A stretch of 45,193 nt of DNA, taken from Hydrogenovibrio sp. UBA650 (GTDB lineage Bacteria; Pseudomonadota; Gammaproteobacteria; Thiomicrospirales; Thiomicrospiraceae). Location: positions 1,283 to 46,475 of the forward strand of contig DBOI01000113.1 in assembly GCA_002299245.1 (NCBI GenBank). The letters run 5' to 3'. The notes under the pieces are model-generated. The model made no database searches. It worked only from the letters and a program-made list of their open reading frames with translations, and was not told the origin of the DNA. How positions within the stretch are numbered: position 1 is the stretch's first letter; each line of letters starts with the position of its first letter. This document shows, one piece after another, positions 9,909-19,050 of this stretch. The position numbers were made by a program, and so were the translations under genes.

Positions 9909-10673
9909 GTGAAAATAGTAAAACCTTTATTGGTTATTATTACTCCAGTTCTATTTTTTGCCTTACCTGTTGCAGCCTGGGCAGAGCCAGGTATTCCCGC
10001 ATTTACTGTTGAAACCGATGCTGAAGGTAATCAGGATTATTCTTTAACTATTCAAATTCTGCTGTTGATGACAGGTTTAACCTTGTTACCAGCTGCACTC
10101 ATTGCTACTACCTCATTTTTAAGAATAGTCATTGTTCTGGCTTTGTTAAGACAAGCTTTAGGAACCCAGCAAACGCCGTCAAATCAAGTTTTAGTCGGAC
10201 TTGCCCTGTTTTTAACACTTTTCATTATGGCACCTGTTTTAGAAAAAATTTATGACTCAGCGGTTTCTCCCTACATGGAGGAACAGATCAAATTTGCGGA
10301 AGCGGTCGAAATAGCTTCTAAGCCCATGCATCAGTTTATGCTCCAACAAACTCGTGAAGATGACTTGGGAATGTTTGCGGAAATGGCTGATGTTACTCTT
10401 CAGGATCCTCAGAGCGTGCCTTTCAAGGTATTAATTCCAGCGTTTATGACTAGTGAATTGAAGACGGCCTTTCAAATTGGTTTTATGCTCTTTATTCCGT
10501 TCTTAATTATTGACTTGGTAATAGCGAGTCTTTTGATGTCTATGGGTATGATGATGCTATCTCCCATGATTATTTCTTTGCCTTTTAAGCTCATGTTGTT
10601 TGTTTTGATTGATGGATGGGCTCTCGTTGTAGGAACTCTGGCTAATAGCTTTGTGGTTCCGGGAGGAATATGA
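9909..10673 (+). CDS. fliP: Flagellar export gate protein FliP (GTG start)
   Basis: [42 protein letters not shown]. Confidence 0.98.
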   Translation: MKIVKPLLVIITPVLFFALPVAAWAEPGIPAFTVETDAEGNQDYSLTIQILLLMTGLTLLPAALIATTSFLRIVIVLALLRQALGTQQTPSNQVLVGLALFLTLFIMAPVLEKIYDSAVSPYMEEQIKFAEAVEIASKPMHQFMLQQTREDDLGMFAEMADVTLQDPQSVPFKVLIPAFMTSELKTAFQIGFMLFIPFLIIDLVIASLLMSMGMMMLSPMIISLPFKLMLFVLIDGWALVVGTLANSFVVPGGI

Positions 10674-10942
10674 TGCAACAGGAATTTGTTTTAACACTTG
10701 GACAGCGAATGCTGGAAGTGGTCGCCATGCTTGCGGCTCCATTACTTATACCAGCGTTGATCATAGGTTTGTTGGTGGGTATGTTTCAGGCTGCAACTCA
10801 AATTAACGAAATGACCTTGAGTTTTATCCCTAAGCTTGCCATTGTCGGTGTCGCATTGGTTGTATTTGGTCCCTGGATGCTGACCACACTAATCTCCTTT
10901 ACCCGTGAACTCTATATGAATATTCCGGCTTTGATAGGATAG
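10670..10942 (+). CDS. fliQ: Flagellar export gate protein FliQ
   Basis: [21 protein letters not shown]. Confidence 0.98.
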   Translation: MMQQEFVLTLGQRMLEVVAMLAAPLLIPALIIGLLVGMFQAATQINEMTLSFIPKLAIVGVALVVFGPWMLTTLISFTRELYMNIPALIG

Positions 10943-10946
10943 AATC

Positions 10947-11726
10947 GTGGTTTTTAGCTATGCAGAATTTCTTCAGCTAGCTGGCTTGTACTTCTATCCA
11001 TTTGTGCGCATTGGCGCCATGTTATCCATTATTCCAATATTCGGTATCCGTGCGATTCCGGTGCGTTCAAAAGTCATTCTCACTGTTTTTTTAACCTTGG
11101 TTATAGCTCCATTGCTTCAACTTCCACCTCCAACCGATCCATTTAGCTGGAAGGGAGTATTGTTGATCATGCAGCAGATACTGATTGGAATGGCTATGGG
11201 GTTGATTTTTCTAGTTGTATTTCAGGCTTTTGTTATTGCAGGTCACCTGATTGCCATGGGGATGGGACTCGCATTTGCTCAGATGGTTGATCCTGCGACG
11301 GGTGTCAACTCACCTGTTGTTTCCCAGTACTTTACTATCGTTGTGACACTACTGTTTTTGGCTCTAAATGGCCATCTTCTGGTTATTCAGGTTGTAACCG
11401 ATAGTTTCGAATACCTGCCGATTGGCATCAATTTTTTGACAATGGACAGTTTGAGGCTCATTTTTGAGTTTGGTGGTTATATGTTCTCAGCAGGGGTTTT
11501 AGTGGCATTGCCTGCAATAACCACCCTGCTATTAATTAACATTTCGTTTGGTGTCGTGACTCGTGCTGCTCCAGCACTGAATATATTCGCGGTTGGTTTC
11601 CCTGTAACCTTACTTACAGGCCTGATCATGTTGTCTTTGATCACACCACTGATTCTGCCGCATCTTCAAGAACTTGTCAGCCGTGCTGTAGATACCATTC
11701 TTCAGCTGAAATTAACAGGTAGTTAA
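10947..11726 (+). CDS. fliR: Flagellar export gate protein FliR (GTG start)
   Basis: MGLAFAQMVDP, NGHL, RAAPALNIFAVGFP. Confidence 0.97.
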   Translation: MVFSYAEFLQLAGLYFYPFVRIGAMLSIIPIFGIRAIPVRSKVILTVFLTLVIAPLLQLPPPTDPFSWKGVLLIMQQILIGMAMGLIFLVVFQAFVIAGHLIAMGMGLAFAQMVDPATGVNSPVVSQYFTIVVTLLFLALNGHLLVIQVVTDSFEYLPIGINFLTMDSLRLIFEFGGYMFSAGVLVALPAITTLLLINISFGVVTRAAPALNIFAVGFPVTLLTGLIMLSLITPLILPHLQELVSRAVDTILQLKLTGS

Positions 11727-11737
11727 CGGAGTGGTTT

Positions 11738-12862
11738 ATGGCTGAGAATGAAGACGGTAGCGAAAAAAGCGAAGAACCCACCGCCAAAAAAATCGAAAAA
11801 GCCCGTAGAGATGGACAAATTCCTCGATCAAGGGAGCTTACAACGGTTTTAATGACCTTGTCTGCTGCGCTTTTTTTATTGGCTTATGGTGGTGTCATGA
11901 TGCTGGACATCATGTCGTTTGTGACTAAAGGTATAAGTTTTGACCGCGATGTGGCTTTTGACACCGGTAAAATGTTTGGCTTGATCTTGAGCATTGTCAT
12001 TGACGCTATCTATATGGCTTTACCATTCGTTCTATTGATGGTTTTTATCGCCTTGATCGCACCAACCCTTTTAGGCGGTTGGTCTTTCAGTACCAAGGCT
12101 ATGGCGCCCAAAGCCAGTAAAATGAACCCTATATCTGGAATTAAACGCATGTTTTCCGCCAATGCGTTATTGGAACTATTCAAGGCACTTGCCAAGTTTT
12201 CACTGGTTATCTCTATGGCAATTTTCTTTCTCTACACTGTGTTTGGAGAAATCCTAGGTTTAGGAATTGAACCGCTTAAATTTGCTATGGCGCATTCAGG
12301 AACACTTATCGTTGAGGCTTTTATCTTTGTAAGCCTATCTCTGTTGGTGGTTGCGATTATTGATGTTCCTTTTCAACTGTGGAACCACAACCGCCAATTA
12401 AAAATGACCAAACAGGAAGTTAAAGAAGAGTTTAAGCAACAAGAGGGTAACCCTGAAGTAAAAGGCCGTATCAGACAGGTTCAAAGAGAAATGTCTCAAG
12501 CTAGAATGATGCAGAAAGTGCCTGAAGCCGATGTGGTTATTACCAACCCTACACACTTTGCCGTGGCGCTACAATACGATCCGGAAACCATGAGTGAACC
12601 TCTTGTGTTAGCGATGGGTTCAGACTTTATGGCAGCGCAAATGCGAACAATTGCAAAAGAGCATGATGTAACCATAGTAGAAGCACCACCATTGGCTAGG
12701 GCTTTATACTATAATGCTGAAATTGACAGGCCTATTCCATACGACCTGTTTAAAGCGGTTGCGGCAGTTCTAGCCTATGTTTTCCAGCTCAAGAGTGCAG
12801 GCAGTGCTGAAGACATGGATTTTGCCGACTTACCAATTCCTGAAAATATGAAAACGGAGTAG
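11738..12862 (+). CDS. flhB: Flagellar export substrate-specificity switch FlhB
   Basis: EKSEEPT, KQQEGNPEVK, autocleavage motif NPTH, PPLARALY. Confidence 0.98.
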   Translation: MAENEDGSEKSEEPTAKKIEKARRDGQIPRSRELTTVLMTLSAALFLLAYGGVMMLDIMSFVTKGISFDRDVAFDTGKMFGLILSIVIDAIYMALPFVLLMVFIALIAPTLLGGWSFSTKAMAPKASKMNPISGIKRMFSANALLELFKALAKFSLVISMAIFFLYTVFGEILGLGIEPLKFAMAHSGTLIVEAFIFVSLSLLVVAIIDVPFQLWNHNRQLKMTKQEVKEEFKQQEGNPEVKGRIRQVQREMSQARMMQKVPEADVVITNPTHFAVALQYDPETMSEPLVLAMGSDFMAAQMRTIAKEHDVTIVEAPPLARALYYNAEIDRPIPYDLFKAVAAVLAYVFQLKSAGSAEDMDFADLPIPENMKTE

Positions 12863-12911
12863 CTTTAGACACTCCGGTTTTTAAGGGCTAGACTCCAGTA
12901 AAGAAGATTAA

Positions 12912-15005
12912 ATGAGCTTTAACGACATTCTGGAAAAAGTAAAACAAAATCTAAGAAGTGGTATAGCTGTACCTATCGCTATTCTTGCCCTGCTTGGCAT
13001 GGTAACCATTCCGCTACCGCCATTTTTGCTGGATATTTTCTTTACCTTCAATATAGCTCTGTCTCTTGTGGTATTGATGGTTACGCTCTATGCCAAGAGA
13101 CCTCTGGATTTTGCGGTTTTCCCCACAATTATTCTGATTGCCACACTTTTCAGGCTGGCGTTAAATATTGCCTCCACTAGAGTTATTCTGCTTGAAGGTC
13201 ATGGCGGCGGCGCATCGGCTGGACATGTTATTGAAGCCTTTGGTGAATTTGTTATAGGCGGAAACTATGCTGTTGGTTTGGTGGTATTTGCTATTTTGGT
13301 GGTGATTAATTTTGTGGTTATCACTAAGGGTGCGGGTCGAGTTGCTGAAGTAAGCGCACGTTTTACACTGGATTCTATGCCCGGTAAGCAGATGGCGATT
13401 GATGCAGACCTAAATGCCGGCTTGATAACTCAAGAAGAGGCTCAGGCTCGGCGTCTGGATATTGCTACTGAAGCAGAGTTCTATGGCTCTATGGACGGTG
13501 CCAGTAAATTTGTTCGTGGTGATGCCGTTGCTGGAATCATAATACTTTTTATCAATCTGATTGGTGGCTTCGCGATTGGTGTCGGTCAACACGATTTGAG
13601 TTTTGGGGATGCCGCTGAAGTCTACACTATTCTGACCTTAGGGGATGGGCTAGTCGCTCAGATTCCTGCACTACTGCTCTCAACTGCTACAGCGATCATT
13701 GTTACCAGAGTAACGGGCGGTGATAAAAAAGATATGGGTGAACAGCTGCAGATGCAAATGTTTTCAAGCCCAAAGGCGTTATGGACAGCGGCTGGAATTA
13801 TTGGTTTTATGGGTGTTATCCCGGGCATGCCAAATCTTGCTTTTTTAACTTTTGCTTTAGTAGCCGCTGCAGGAGGCTATTTAATCTATCGTCAAGAGCA
13901 ACAGAAAGCCATTGCTGAGACTGTTCTAGATGAGCCCGAAGAAACAGAAGCAAAACCAGCAGATTTGAGTTGGGAAGATGTTCAAGCTGTTGATGTCCTT
14001 GGTTTGGAAGTGGGTTACCGCCTGATTCCAATGGTTGATCAAGCCCAAAACGGACAGTTGCTGGACCGTATTAAGGGAGTGCGGCGTAAAGTCTCTCAAG
14101 AGCTTGGTTTTTTGGTTCCCCCTGTTCATATTCGTGACAACCTTGATCTTAAACCAAATGAATATCGGATTATGTTGATGGGCGTAGCTTCTGGAGATGG
14201 CGAGGTTTTTCCGGACAAAGAGTTGGCGATTAACCCCGGACAGGTGTTTGGAGACGTGGCTGGTACTCCGACCAAAGATCCTACATTTGGACTAGATGCA
14301 GTTTGGATTAATTCGACTGATCAGGATCAGGCCCAAGCACTTGGCTATACTGTGGTTGATGCCAGTACTGTGGTCGCAACTCATGTCAGCCAGTTAATTC
14401 AGGACTATGCTTCTGAATTACTCGGTCATGATGAAACTCAGCAATTGTTGGATAAACTTAAAGAAAATTCACCAAAACTGGTTGAAGAATTGGTGCCGGA
14501 CAAACTGTCCTTGGCGATAGTGGTTAAAATCTTACAGAACTTACTGGTAGAGAAGGTCTCAATCCGCGATATGAGAACAATCATGGAAACTTTAACTGAG
14601 CGTGCAGCAGCGACTCAAGACCCTAGCGAGTTGACGATTTTTGTGCGTGCAGCTCTTGGAAGGTCTATTATTAAGGATATAGTTGGTAAGGACGATGAGA
14701 TAAAAGTCATTACTTTGGAACCGAGTCTGGAACAGTTGTTGCTGCAAGCCGCGCAAGGCGCTCCAGAAGGCCAGTTGGCCATAGAACCGAGTCTAGCAGA
14801 AAGATTACATACTACCTTGAAAGAAGAAGCACAAAAACTTGAAATGTCAGGCCAGGCCGCAGTTTTACTGGTAGCTCCACAGATTCGAGCCCAGCTGGCA
14901 AGGTTGTTCAGATTCAGCTTGCAAGAGTTACATATACTGGCCTATTCGGAAGTGCCGGAAAACCGTCAGATCAGTGTGGTTGCCAGCGTAGGTCAGGGAG
15001 GATAA
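12912..15005 (+). CDS. flhA: Flagellar export protein FlhA
   Basis: RVAEVSARFTLDSMPGKQMAIDADL, FYGSMDGASKFVRGDA. Confidence 0.98.
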   Translation: MSFNDILEKVKQNLRSGIAVPIAILALLGMVTIPLPPFLLDIFFTFNIALSLVVLMVTLYAKRPLDFAVFPTIILIATLFRLALNIASTRVILLEGHGGGASAGHVIEAFGEFVIGGNYAVGLVVFAILVVINFVVITKGAGRVAEVSARFTLDSMPGKQMAIDADLNAGLITQEEAQARRLDIATEAEFYGSMDGASKFVRGDAVAGIIILFINLIGGFAIGVGQHDLSFGDAAEVYTILTLGDGLVAQIPALLLSTATAIIVTRVTGGDKKDMGEQLQMQMFSSPKALWTAAGIIGFMGVIPGMPNLAFLTFALVAAAGGYLIYRQEQQKAIAETVLDEPEETEAKPADLSWEDVQAVDVLGLEVGYRLIPMVDQAQNGQLLDRIKGVRRKVSQELGFLVPPVHIRDNLDLKPNEYRIMLMGVASGDGEVFPDKELAINPGQVFGDVAGTPTKDPTFGLDAVWINSTDQDQAQALGYTVVDASTVVATHVSQLIQDYASELLGHDETQQLLDKLKENSPKLVEELVPDKLSLAIVVKILQNLLVEKVSIRDMRTIMETLTERAAATQDPSELTIFVRAALGRSIIKDIVGKDDEIKVITLEPSLEQLLLQAAQGAPEGQLAIEPSLAERLHTTLKEEAQKLEMSGQAAVLLVAPQIRAQLARLFRFSLQELHILAYSEVPENRQISVVASVGQGG

Positions 15006-15006
15006 A

Positions 15007-16179
15007 TTGAAGATCAAACGCTATTATGCACCAAATATGCGTCAGGCCATGGCTCTGGTAAAAGAAGAGCATGGTGATGATGCTGTCATTCTCTCTACCA
15101 AGGATGTTGAGGATGGAGTGGAATTGGTAGCGGCGCTTGATCCTGAAGCAAATGAGTATCAAAACCAGGCAGCTAATCGCGAAACCGGCGCGAGCTATCA
15201 GGTACACCAGGATCCAGATCCACAGCCCGCAGCAGGTCAAGTTAATAACCTTGAATTGTCGAAAATGGCGGATGAGCTCAAAATTGTGCGAGCTATGTTG
15301 GAAAACCAGATGTCGGGCCTGGCTTGGGGACAGGCTGAACAAAATGATCCGCATAAAGTTGAAATTATTAAGAAATTGGTTCAACTGGGAATAAGCTGGA
15401 ACATAAGTCAAAAGTTAGTGGATGATTTACAAGTTGTTAATCAGAGCTCTTGGGGACAACTGATAGCTAAGTTAGAGGCATTGATTCCGGTTGAGAATCG
15501 AGACCTTTTGGAAAAAGGTGGGATTGTTGCATTGGTAGGCCCTACAGGTGTAGGTAAAACAACCACCATAGCTAAAATGGCAAGTCGATTCGTAATGCGC
15601 AATAGTCCAAGTGATATTGCTATTGTGAGCACAGATTGCTACAAAATTGGCGCACAGGCACAACTGCAAAGTTTTGCAGATTTGATTAATGTTCCTGTCC
15701 ATATTGTCAAAACTCAAGGCGAGCTTTATGCTCTTTTGACCTCTTTGAGGAATAAAAAGCTGATCCTGATTGATACAGCTGGCATGAGTCAGCGAGATTT
15801 ACAGTTGTCACAGCAGGTCACCTCTGGCCATCAGGGAGCGAATAGTGTGCGCAACTATCTAGTGGTCTCGGCCGCAACCCAGAGATCGGTGCTGGAAGAT
15901 ATAGTCAAATCTTTTGGTCAGATCGTGCTACAGGGATGTATTTTGACCAAGGTAGATGAAGCATTACAATTAGGTAATGTTTTAAGTGTGCTTATTGAAC
16001 ATGGCCTGCCAATTGCATATATGTCAAATGGCCAAAGAGTTCCTGAAGATTTAGAAGTGGTGAGAGCTAAAGAATTGATGGATAAGGTTATATATTTAGG
16101 CCAGCAAAATATGAATAGTAAAGAAAATGAGCAAGCATTCCAGCTAGGAATGGGTAAGGAGATTTCAAATGCTCAATGA
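15007..16179 (+). CDS. flhF: SRP-family GTPase FlhF (TTG start)
   Basis: KIKRYYAPNMRQAM N-terminus, GPTGVGKTTT, DTAG, TKVDE, GQRVPEDL. Confidence 0.96.
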   Translation: MKIKRYYAPNMRQAMALVKEEHGDDAVILSTKDVEDGVELVAALDPEANEYQNQAANRETGASYQVHQDPDPQPAAGQVNNLELSKMADELKIVRAMLENQMSGLAWGQAEQNDPHKVEIIKKLVQLGISWNISQKLVDDLQVVNQSSWGQLIAKLEALIPVENRDLLEKGGIVALVGPTGVGKTTTIAKMASRFVMRNSPSDIAIVSTDCYKIGAQAQLQSFADLINVPVHIVKTQGELYALLTSLRNKKLILIDTAGMSQRDLQLSQQVTSGHQGANSVRNYLVVSAATQRSVLEDIVKSFGQIVLQGCILTKVDEALQLGNVLSVLIEHGLPIAYMSNGQRVPEDLEVVRAKELMDKVIYLGQQNMNSKENEQAFQLGMGKEISNAQ

Positions 16180-17035
16180 TCAGGCCGCGGGGTTACGCGC
16201 CATGAATTCAAATCAAACCACCTCTGGCGGGCAAAAGCCGGTCAGAGTGATTGCTGTTTCCAGCGGAAAAGGTGGAGTGGGTAAGACCAATGTTTCAGTG
16301 AACCTTGGTGTTGCACTAAGTAAGCTGGGTAATCGCGTGCTGTTAATGGATGCGGACATGGGGCTGGCAAATGTTGATATTATGCTCGGCCTGCAAACAG
16401 AATTTAATCTTTCCCATGTACTCGACGGAAACAAGACTCTGCAAGAAGTAATCGTCGAAGGTCCGGTAGGCTTGCAAGTCATACCAGCTGCTTCAGGTGT
16501 AAAGCGAATGGCTCAACTCTCTTCAATGGAGAATGCCGGAATTATCAATGCTTTTTCAGAGTTGAGCAGTGATCTTGATGTCTTGATTGTTGATACTGCC
16601 GCTGGAATCGCTGATAGTGTTGTTAGCTTTTGTCGGGCATCACAGGAAGTTGTGGTTGTGGTTACTGATGAACCTGCCTCCATTACGGATGCATACGCTT
16701 TAATTAAAGTATTGAGTCGAGATTATAAAATCAGTAAGTTTAGATTACTTGCTAATATGAGTCGTTCTCCAGCACATGGACAGCAGTTGTATGAAAAACT
16801 GGCAAGAGTCTGTGAGCAGTTTCTTGATGTGACTCTGGATTATCTCGGTACGGTACCCTTTGATCATGATCTGCGAGAAGCAATACAGAAGCAGGTACCG
16901 GTAACCGTGCATAGACCAAACAGTATTTCGGCAAAAGCATTTGAAAGCATGGCGCATAAAATTGAAGCCTGGCCTGTTCCTCAGGGAGCATCAGGTTATT
17001 TACAGTTCTTTGTTGAGAACTTGTTTCATCATTAG
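16169..17035 (+). CDS. flhG: MinD-like ATPase FlhG/FleN (flagellar number regulator)
   Basis: DQAAGLR N-terminal motif, SGKGGVGKTN, DTAAG, EPASITDAYA. Confidence 0.96.
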   Translation: MLNDQAAGLRAMNSNQTTSGGQKPVRVIAVSSGKGGVGKTNVSVNLGVALSKLGNRVLLMDADMGLANVDIMLGLQTEFNLSHVLDGNKTLQEVIVEGPVGLQVIPAASGVKRMAQLSSMENAGIINAFSELSSDLDVLIVDTAAGIADSVVSFCRASQEVVVVVTDEPASITDAYALIKVLSRDYKISKFRLLANMSRSPAHGQQLYEKLARVCEQFLDVTLDYLGTVPFDHDLREAIQKQVPVTVHRPNSISAKAFESMAHKIEAWPVPQGASGYLQFFVENLFHH

Positions 17036-17062
17036 AGATGCAATGAGGTAATTAATTAGACA

Positions 17063-17788
17063 ATGAGTGGTACTAACGTTTACGAGCAAATACAAAAACA
17101 GTCCAGTAGTGAAGTTATGGATCTGGAATCTTATTTGCCATTAGTTAAAAGAATCGCCTACCACTTAAAAGGTCGTCTTCCTGATAGCGTCATTGTTGAT
17201 GATCTTATTCAATCTGGGATTGTTGGCCTGATTGAAGCCATGCAGAAGTTCAATGCTAACCAAGGGGCGAGTTTTGAAACCTATGCCGGAATTAGAATTC
17301 GCGGGGCCATGCTGGATGAAATTCGAAAAGGTGATTGGACTCCGCGCTCTGTTCATCGCAAGTCGCGTGAAGTTAGTGATGCTATATCAAGAGTAGAGAC
17401 TGAACAGGGTAGAGAGGCTCATGATGCTGAAATAGCTGCTGAGATGGATCTCAGTTTAGAAGAGTATCACCGCATCCTAAGAGACACTAACTCTGCTCAA
17501 CTCCTATCTATTGATGAACCCGATCACAATGAATTATCTGAAGAAAGAATCGTTTCGTCATCGCCGACTCCTTTGGCAGAATTAGCGGAGAGTGGTTTTC
17601 AGGAAGCCTTGGCAGAGCAGATAGAAAGTTTACCGGAAAAAGAGAAGCTGGTAATGGCTCTGTACTATGATGAAGAGTTGAATTTGAAGGAAATTGGTGA
17701 AATTTTTGAGGTAAGTGAGTCTCGTGTTAGCCAAATTCATAGTCAGGCAATCAAACGTATTCGTTCGCGAATGAGTGACTGGATTTAA
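17063..17788 (+). CDS. fliA: RNA polymerase sigma28 factor FliA
   Basis: FETYAGIRIRGAMLDEIR...DW.PRS, LKEIG...VSESRVSQIHSQA. Confidence 0.98.
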   Translation: MSGTNVYEQIQKQSSSEVMDLESYLPLVKRIAYHLKGRLPDSVIVDDLIQSGIVGLIEAMQKFNANQGASFETYAGIRIRGAMLDEIRKGDWTPRSVHRKSREVSDAISRVETEQGREAHDAEIAAEMDLSLEEYHRILRDTNSAQLLSIDEPDHNELSEERIVSSSPTPLAELAESGFQEALAEQIESLPEKEKLVMALYYDEELNLKEIGEIFEVSESRVSQIHSQAIKRIRSRMSDWI

Positions 17789-17808
17789 ACAACCTGAAGC
17801 CCAAATAG

Positions 17809-18219
17809 ATGCAATTAGATAACAGCATGAAAGTTTTGGTGGTAGATGACTTTTCAACCATGCGTGCGGTTGTTACCAAGTTACTTGTTGAACTCGGTTT
17901 TTCCAATATTATTGAGGCCAGTGATGGTGAAGAAGCATGGCAAAAACTACAGTCAGGTGACTTTAACTTGGTGGTCTGTGACTGGAATATGCCGAAAATG
18001 ACTGGCATAGAGCTGCTAAATAAGATAAAAGAAGACAGTCAATTCCAAAGTATACGTTTCATATTAATTACTGCTGAAGCTAAACCTCATCAGATTATTG
18101 AGGCCGCAGTAGCTGGTGTTGATGCCTACATTGTTAAGCCGTTCAGTGCAGAGACCCTATACGAAAAGATTGTCAAAGTCTTTAATTCAGATTTGAATGT
18201 TAAGCCCGCTGGTGAGTAA
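17809..18219 (+). CDS. cheY: Chemotaxis response regulator CheY (motor-binding type)
   Basis: VVDDFSTMR, DWNMP phosphoacceptor, TAEA, VKPF; lies between fliA and cheZ. Confidence 0.95.
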   Translation: MQLDNSMKVLVVDDFSTMRAVVTKLLVELGFSNIIEASDGEEAWQKLQSGDFNLVVCDWNMPKMTGIELLNKIKEDSQFQSIRFILITAEAKPHQIIEAAVAGVDAYIVKPFSAETLYEKIVKVFNSDLNVKPAGE

Positions 18220-18233
18220 AAAGGATCAAACTG

Positions 18234-18887
18234 ATGACAGCATCTATTAATATTAAAACGGTTGAGTCTCTACTGTCTGCCTTGCAAGACGGAAATCAAG
18301 AGTTGGCGACAACAATTCTTGATGAGCTGACTTCAGTTAGAGAGAGTGAGATCTATAATCAGCTTAATACCCTAACCAATGACCTTCATCATACATTAGA
18401 TCACTTGGATGATAATAGTCTACTAATGCAGACAAAACATGATATTCCTGATGTCACAGAGCGTCTTGAGTATGTAATTGAGTCGACAGAAGAGGCGAGT
18501 AAGAAAGTTTTGGATCAAGCCGAGCTTTCATTACAGAAGGTCGAGAAAATTCAATCTGATACTGATAGCTCAATTGACTCTTTGAGTGAAGAGTTTGAGG
18601 CTATAAAAAGCAGTCTTATGGAAATTATGATGGCTCAATCCTATCAAGATCTGACAGGTCAAGTTCTCAATAGAGTCATTCTAATTATTACTTCCATTGA
18701 GCAGAGTTTAATCGAGTTGATAAATCAATCCAGTTTTGATTATCAACAGATACCAGAGCGTGAACAATCAGACGAAAAAGATCAAGAAATGCAAGGGGTT
18801 GGGCCAAACGTGACTCGTAAATCACAAAAAGATTCTGTTGCAGACCAGGATGAGGTCGACTCTCTACTTGATGATCTTGGTATCTGA
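18234..18887 (+). CDS. cheZ: CheY-P phosphatase CheZ
   Basis: Catalytic QSYQDLTGQ (DxxxQ); C-terminal QDEVDSLLDDLGI helix. Confidence 0.95.
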   Translation: MTASINIKTVESLLSALQDGNQELATTILDELTSVRESEIYNQLNTLTNDLHHTLDHLDDNSLLMQTKHDIPDVTERLEYVIESTEEASKKVLDQAELSLQKVEKIQSDTDSSIDSLSEEFEAIKSSLMEIMMAQSYQDLTGQVLNRVILIITSIEQSLIELINQSSFDYQQIPEREQSDEKDQEMQGVGPNVTRKSQKDSVADQDEVDSLLDDLGI

Positions 18888-18970
18888 TTCACCTGTTTTG
18901 TAATCCACTTCTCATTTAAGCAAACGGTTCTTTTTCCGCTGACATATCTCTGCTGATTATCACATCTTCA

Positions 18971-18986
18971 TGGCATAGCGTTTGCT
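18971..18986 (+). promoter_or_regulatory. sigma54 promoter upstream of cheA
   Basis: TGGCATAGCGTTTGCT, GG-N10-GC, in the 163-bp cheZ-cheA gap. Confidence 0.75.
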
Positions 18987-19050
18987 TCTTCCTTGAATAA
19001 TAAAATCCAGAAAAATTGTAGTCTGGTTGCTGAATTGAGAGGTACATTGC